Shown here piece after piece: positions 16,679 through 20,000 of a stretch of 20,000 bases of DNA; position 1 is the stretch's first letter; every line of letters starts with the position of its first letter. Source of the stretch: an uncultured virus (IMG/VR IMGVR_UViG_3300030101_003361). Lineage: Duplodnaviria; Heunggongvirae; Uroviricota; Caudoviricetes. The stretch is taken from IMG/VR virus record IMGVR_UViG_3300030101_003361, positions 44,470 through 64,469 of that record. One strand, given 5' to 3'. The notes under the pieces were generated by a model. That model was not told the origin of the DNA, did no database searches, and was given only the letters and a program-made list of their open reading frames with translations. The position numbers and the translations under genes were made by a program.

Positions 16679-16778
16679 TTATGTATAGCAAATTATATTA
16701 TATATAATTTTAGTACACAATAAATATATGTTATAATGTATATAACAAAAAACATATTACCTATTATTCTATCATCTA

Positions 16779-16973
16779 TCATTTTCTTCTCCAAGATTTA
16801 TGTACTAAATTACTTAATTCTTGCGATACGATTTGAATACTATTTCCAGTTTTATGTTCTATTATAGGTACATAACTAACTTGCTGAACGTCAGAGCATT
16901 GCACACATTTATTATAACCTAACTCTATTCTAACTGGGTGTAGTACTGAACCACATCTACAAAATTTATTCAT
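16779..16973 (-). CDS. DksA/TraR-type C4 zinc-finger protein
   Basis: CRCGSVLHPVRIELGYNKCVQCS resembles CxxCGxxIPxxRLxxxxxxxxCxxC. Confidence 0.65.
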   Translation of the reverse strand: MNKFCRCGSVLHPVRIELGYNKCVQCSDVQQVSYVPIIEHKTGNSIQIVSQELSNLVHKSWRRK

Positions 16974-16974
16974 A

Positions 16975-17097
16975 TTATTTTAAATTTAATTTAAAGTAAA
17001 TATTTTTTATGACCGGACCATAATTTTTATAGTCATCACTATTAAGTGCATTTTGCAATATATCGGTCAATAATTCTTTTTCTACTTTATTAAACAT
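16975..17097 (-). CDS. 40-aa hypothetical protein
   Basis: MFNKVEKELLTDILQNALNSDDYKNYGPVIKNIYFKLNLK*. Confidence 0.55.
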   Translation of the reverse strand: MFNKVEKELLTDILQNALNSDDYKNYGPVIKNIYFKLNLK

Positions 17098-17209
17098 TTT
17101 TTAATTTATTTATTTCATTTATATCTTCAACTTCTAATTCGTTGAACATATCTATTATTTCTTTACTAATATTATCGTTGCTAATATAAGTTTGTAACGT
17201 ATTTTTCAT
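17090..17209 (-). CDS. 39-aa acidic peptide containing promoter copy C
   Basis: MKNTLQTYISNDNISKEIIDMFNELEVEDINEINKLKNV*. Confidence 0.45.
   Translation of the reverse strand: MKNTLQTYISNDNISKEIIDMFNELEVEDINEINKLKNV
17170..17201 (-). promoter_or_regulatory. Putative phage promoter copy C
   Basis: Minus strand TACGTTACAAA-cttatattagcaac-GATAATA. Confidence 0.8.
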
Positions 17210-17211
17210 AA

Positions 17212-17313
17212 TTATTTTATTTTTTTTAAAACACCACAAACCATACATACATAATGGTTTTCAGATGTTTTTATTAAAACATATTTATTGTTGCATTTAT
17301 CACAACTATCCAC
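17212..17313 (-). CDS. 33-aa Zn-ribbon microprotein (GTG start)
   Basis: MDSCDKCNNKYVLIKTSENHYVCMVCGVLKKIK*; CxxC-x15-CxxC. Confidence 0.55.
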   Translation of the reverse strand: MDSCDKCNNKYVLIKTSENHYVCMVCGVLKKIK

Positions 17314-17569
17314 AAATTTCTCTTGTTCCATCATTATTTATATCATATCTATCAACTTTCTTCCAACCATAATCAAGTATTTCATTACTAATATCATAAG
17401 TTATGACTTTACCATTTGTTTCCATCCACTGACAATTTGACGTATCATGGCCTTTATCTTCTAAAAATTGTTCAGCATCCTCACTATTTTTAAACCATTC
17501 CACTAATTCATATTGCCAAACATTTCCATGATAAGTTTCAAGAACTGTTATATATTTTTTATCTTTCAT
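17306..17569 (-). CDS. Hypothetical protein
   Basis: 87-aa ORF with TAATG coupling to the upstream gene. Confidence 0.75.
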   Translation of the reverse strand: MKDKKYITVLETYHGNVWQYELVEWFKNSEDAEQFLEDKGHDTSNCQWMETNGKVITYDISNEILDYGWKKVDRYDINNDGTREICG

Positions 17570-17985
17570 TATTTAAAATTTTTATTAAAGTTATCTTTAT
17601 TATATGCATCTATAAACAAATCTGAATCAAATTTTAATTTAGGTACTTGTTTTAAATGTCTTTTATTATATATTAATTTACCTTGATAATTATCAATAAG
17701 AATTGCAATGCAATCTTGTTGTAGTATATCACATAAATCTTTTACTTTATCTTTTATTTCTTTTACAGAAGCGATTATTGAAGTTAAACCTACAAAAGTT
17801 GGTTCATCATTTCCTAAATACTTACCATTATCTACAAAGTAAGCATCGTCATATATTTTAAAACCAGCTTGTCTTAATAAAGTTGCAACACCATTTTCAG
17901 TATACATATGACCGTTAAGACCGATGTTAAACTCAACTTGAGTAATTTTTACACCACTTCCAATACAATTTTCTATTTTATTCAT
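17569..17985 (-). CDS. Putative S-adenosylmethionine lyase (T3 SAMase-like)
   Basis: GKYLGNDEPTFV...LCDILQQDCIA...GKLIY parallels T3 gp0.3 GCY...EEKTV...LACNEWEQDCV...AGLVY (from memory); size and early-region location fit. Confidence 0.65.
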   Translation of the reverse strand: MNKIENCIGSGVKITQVEFNIGLNGHMYTENGVATLLRQAGFKIYDDAYFVDNGKYLGNDEPTFVGLTSIIASVKEIKDKVKDLCDILQQDCIAILIDNYQGKLIYNKRHLKQVPKLKFDSDLFIDAYNKDNFNKNFK

Positions 17986-18158
17986 TTTACTTTATTGTTT
18001 AACCATTTATCTAATTCATAACTTTCAATATAATCAACTATATCGTCAGTTATATCTATATCATATTTATTAATTAATACTTGACACATTTCGATTGTAT
18101 TCAAATATTCGTAGTTTTCAACTACATAATTTACTATATTTTCTATACTATCATTCAT
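17982..18158 (-). CDS. 58-aa acidic hypothetical protein (not in ORF track)
   Basis: MNDSIENIVNYVVENYEYLNTIEMCQVLINKYDIDITDDIVDYIESYELDKWLNNKVK*; ATGA overlap with the next gene. Confidence 0.7.
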   Translation of the reverse strand: MNDSIENIVNYVVENYEYLNTIEMCQVLINKYDIDITDDIVDYIESYELDKWLNNKVK

Positions 18159-18159
18159 A

Positions 18160-18312
18160 TCAACTATTTATAATTAATGTATCTAACACATGAAAACCAC
18201 CTTTAATTAAACCTTCATACATTACAATTACCCATAAAGGTATAAAGATTGCACTTCCAACTATTGTTATTATATTTTCTAATTTTAATGTTTTATTTAT
18301 TACTTTATTCAT
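18160..18312 (-). CDS. Small single-TM membrane protein (start re-called to MNKVINK)
   Basis: IITIVGSAIFIPLWVIVMY hydrophobic segment; leader AATAAATTAAATAAAATG. Confidence 0.65.
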   Translation of the reverse strand: MNKVINKTLKLENIITIVGSAIFIPLWVIVMYEGLIKGGFHVLDTLIINS

Positions 18313-18332
18313 TTTATTTAATTTATTTATTA

Positions 18333-18612
18333 TTATGTACCTGAATATGTCCAAGGATTATTTGAACAATACTCATCTATTTCTTTTTCTTCTTTATATA
18401 TTTCATCTAGATTTTCAATTGTTTCATTAATTCTTTCNNNNNNNNNNTTCACCCATTGAAGTTTTAATGTAACAAACTTTTGTACCATCAAACTCATTTT
18501 CTAATTCCCATACGAATTTACCATTTAGATATTTTTTATATCCATTAGGAAAATAACCTGACATAAAGTCATTTATTACTAATCTACTAAAATCATTTCT
18601 TTTTACTATCAT
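18333..18612 (-). CDS. Hypothetical protein probably spanning the N gap at 18438-18447
   Basis: MIVKR...SMGE before the gap; open frame ERINETIENL...WTYSGT* after it. True gap length unknown. Confidence 0.55.
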
Positions 18613-18788
18613 AATGTATTTTTTACTTTTATTAATTCTTTATTAACTTTTTCTATTCTATCATAATCTTCCGCATCTCTTACTTGTTCTAATAAAGTTT
18701 CAAGTGCAAGTATTATCATACTTTTATTTAATTTTCTTACTTGGACATATTTTTTAAATATTCCATCACAATTTAATATATTACTCAT
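18609..18788 (-). CDS. Small protein with UVR-like C-terminus (start re-called to MSNILN)
   Basis: LLEQVRDAEDYDRIEKVNKELIKVK. Confidence 0.6.
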   Translation of the reverse strand: MSNILNCDGIFKKYVQVRKLNKSMIILALETLLEQVRDAEDYDRIEKVNKELIKVKNTL

Positions 18789-18802
18789 AATTTTTAATTT
18801 AG

Positions 18803-18843
18803 AGAGATAGGTGAGAATCGAACTCACATTAACCATTTATCTC
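18803..18843 (-). ncRNA. Minimal tRNA-like element (acceptor stem + T-arm only)
   Basis: GAGATAA-ATGGTTAAT-GTGAG-TTCGATT-CTCAC-CTATCTC-T. Confidence 0.7.
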
Positions 18844-18905
18844 AAACTTGTTCAACAGTTTTTATAGTGGTATCAGAAAAGAAAGTTATAAACCTCCACT
18901 TTTTA

Positions 18906-19106
18906 TTAAAATTTTATTTTATCTAATTCTTTATCAATTCTTTCTAATTCATTTGAAAAGTATTTTTGAATCGATTTCGGTTGATGTTGTGTATAGCAAT
19001 TTTTAAAATTATTTAAACTATATTTAATTTTTTCAATTGCTAACAAATTAATTATTTTTTGTTTCAACTTTTTATCTTTTATATTATTATCGAATGTTGT
19101 TTTCAT
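18906..19106 (-). CDS. Hypothetical protein
   Basis: 66-aa ORF; ATGA overlap with the upstream ORF. Confidence 0.6.
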   Translation of the reverse strand: MKTTFDNNIKDKKLKQKIINLLAIEKIKYSLNNFKNCYTQHQPKSIQKYFSNELERIDKELDKIKF

Positions 19107-19116
19107 TTGTAACGTA
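19085..19116 (-). promoter_or_regulatory. Putative phage promoter copy D
   Basis: Minus strand TACGTTACAAA-tgaaaacaacattc-GATAATA, straddling a gene junction. Confidence 0.78.
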
Positions 19117-19404
19117 TTTTTATATGATTATTATTTTTTGACCAATAATTTGACCACATGTCATCAATTTCCATTGGGTCTTGATTTTGAAAGAATTTAA
19201 AATCTTTATCATCACTTTCTTCATATAAGAATTTAATTTTATCTATATAATCAGATATTTCGTCATGTGACAAATCGTCATGATTTTGAATCCAATCGTT
19301 ATATACTTCGTCTCTATCNNNNNNNNNNTTTTGTCATTACTTTTATTTTTTAATCGGTTATAAAATGTATTAAATCTTTTTTTATCTATTCTAGTGAATT
19401 TCAT
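19103..19404 (-). CDS. Acidic hypothetical protein interrupted by the N gap (19319-19327); start at 19404 or 19337
   Basis: Post-gap frame DRDEVYNDWIQNHDDLSHDEISDYIDKIKF...HIKIRYK*. Confidence 0.55.
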
Positions 19405-19550
19405 TTATTTTCATTTATTTTAAATTTTACATAATTTGTTAGATTTTTAACTAAATATTTAAAATCATCTTCATTATTGAAATGAGATGAAAATTCATCT
19501 AAGTTAAAATCATCTAATAAACTTTCTATATCTTTTTTAATTTCATTCAT
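19401..19550 (-). CDS. 49-aa hypothetical protein
   Basis: MNEIKKDIESLLDDFNLDEFSSHFNNEDDFKYLVKNLTNYVKFKINENK*. Confidence 0.6.
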   Translation of the reverse strand: MNEIKKDIESLLDDFNLDEFSSHFNNEDDFKYLVKNLTNYVKFKINENK

Positions 19551-19553
19551 AAT

Positions 19554-19799
19554 TTATAGTATTGAATAATAAATATCATTTTTATTATATGACATAGAAA
19601 AAATTATATCATCATTAAATAATTCTTTTTCAAATCTTTCATAAAAATTTTCATCATCAATATCTAGATTTATTACATTATTTATATATAATACTTCTAA
19701 TTTATTATTTGTTTTCTTATCATATATTTGAACAGAAAAATTATTTGGTATTGTATCTGTTTTATATTTATTTAAATAGTTTATTAATTCTTTATTCAT
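19554..19799 (-). CDS. Hypothetical protein
   Basis: 81-aa ORF. Confidence 0.65.
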   Translation of the reverse strand: MNKELINYLNKYKTDTIPNNFSVQIYDKKTNNKLEVLYINNVINLDIDDENFYERFEKELFNDDIIFSMSYNKNDIYYSIL

Positions 19800-19802
19800 A
19801 TT

Positions 19803-19946
19803 TTAACAATTTTTATTTTCAAAATTTTGTAAGTGATTAAATCTATCACATTCTTTTTCTATCATAACTCTTACATTATGTGGAAATTTATAACTACAAC
19901 TTTCATAAACTTCAACTTTTTTATTTATTTGATATAAAAATTTCAT
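19803..19946 (-). CDS. 47-aa hypothetical protein
   Basis: MKFLYQNNKKVEVYESCSYKFPHNVRVMIEKECDRFNHLQNFENKNC*. Confidence 0.5.
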   Translation of the reverse strand: MKFLYQINKKVEVYESCSYKFPHNVRVMIEKECDRFNHLQNFENKNC

Positions 19947-20000
19947 TTGAAATTTATAATTATTATATTTTTTATTTAATTTTTTACTTACTCTTACGTA

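Noticed and set aside
12403..19116. Repeated motif as CRISPR repeats or att sites
   Set aside because: Copies are dispersed over kilobases with a variable centre; no regular spacers, cas genes or integrase.
18438..19327. Apparent frameshifts or pseudogenes at 18438-18447 and 19319-19327
   Set aside because: They coincide with N-filled scaffold gaps of uncertain length; assembly artefacts.
1..20000. Stop-codon reassignment as in some crAss-like phages
   Set aside because: Long genes are intact in the standard bacterial code, TGA and TAG end genes at tight junctions, and there is no suppressor tRNA.

Overview
AT-rich segment of a lytic dsDNA tailed phage genome. The host is probably Bacteroidota/Flavobacteriia, inferred from SD-less A/T-rich leaders, a Flavobacterium-type NrdB and a DLPF-tailed SSB. 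Positions 1-2425 (+) carry the 3' end of a very large putative virion/ejection protein ending in a HEXXH zincin domain, then a charged protein. A bidirectional terminator at ~2424-2454 separates these from a ~17.5 kb minus-strand arm. In transcription order that arm holds: many small early genes (including a SAM-lyase-like protein, Zn-finger proteins and acidic proteins), a tRNA/ncRNA cluster, ATP-dependent DNA ligase, a sigma70-like factor, ERF recombinase, a PD-(D/E)XK exonuclease, SSB, primase-helicase, ThyA, MazG-like proteins, an endonuclease I-like resolvase, and NrdB/NrdA. The most notable signals are (i) a conserved bipartite motif TACGTTACAAA-N13/14-GATAATA in 4 exact copies plus 1 degenerate copy, co-occurring with a phage sigma factor; (ii) a 41-nt tRNA-like element with only acceptor stem and T-arm; (iii) two structured non-tRNA RNA candidates between tRNA-Met(CAT) and tRNA-Gly(TCC). 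All calls are by eye, with no database searches.
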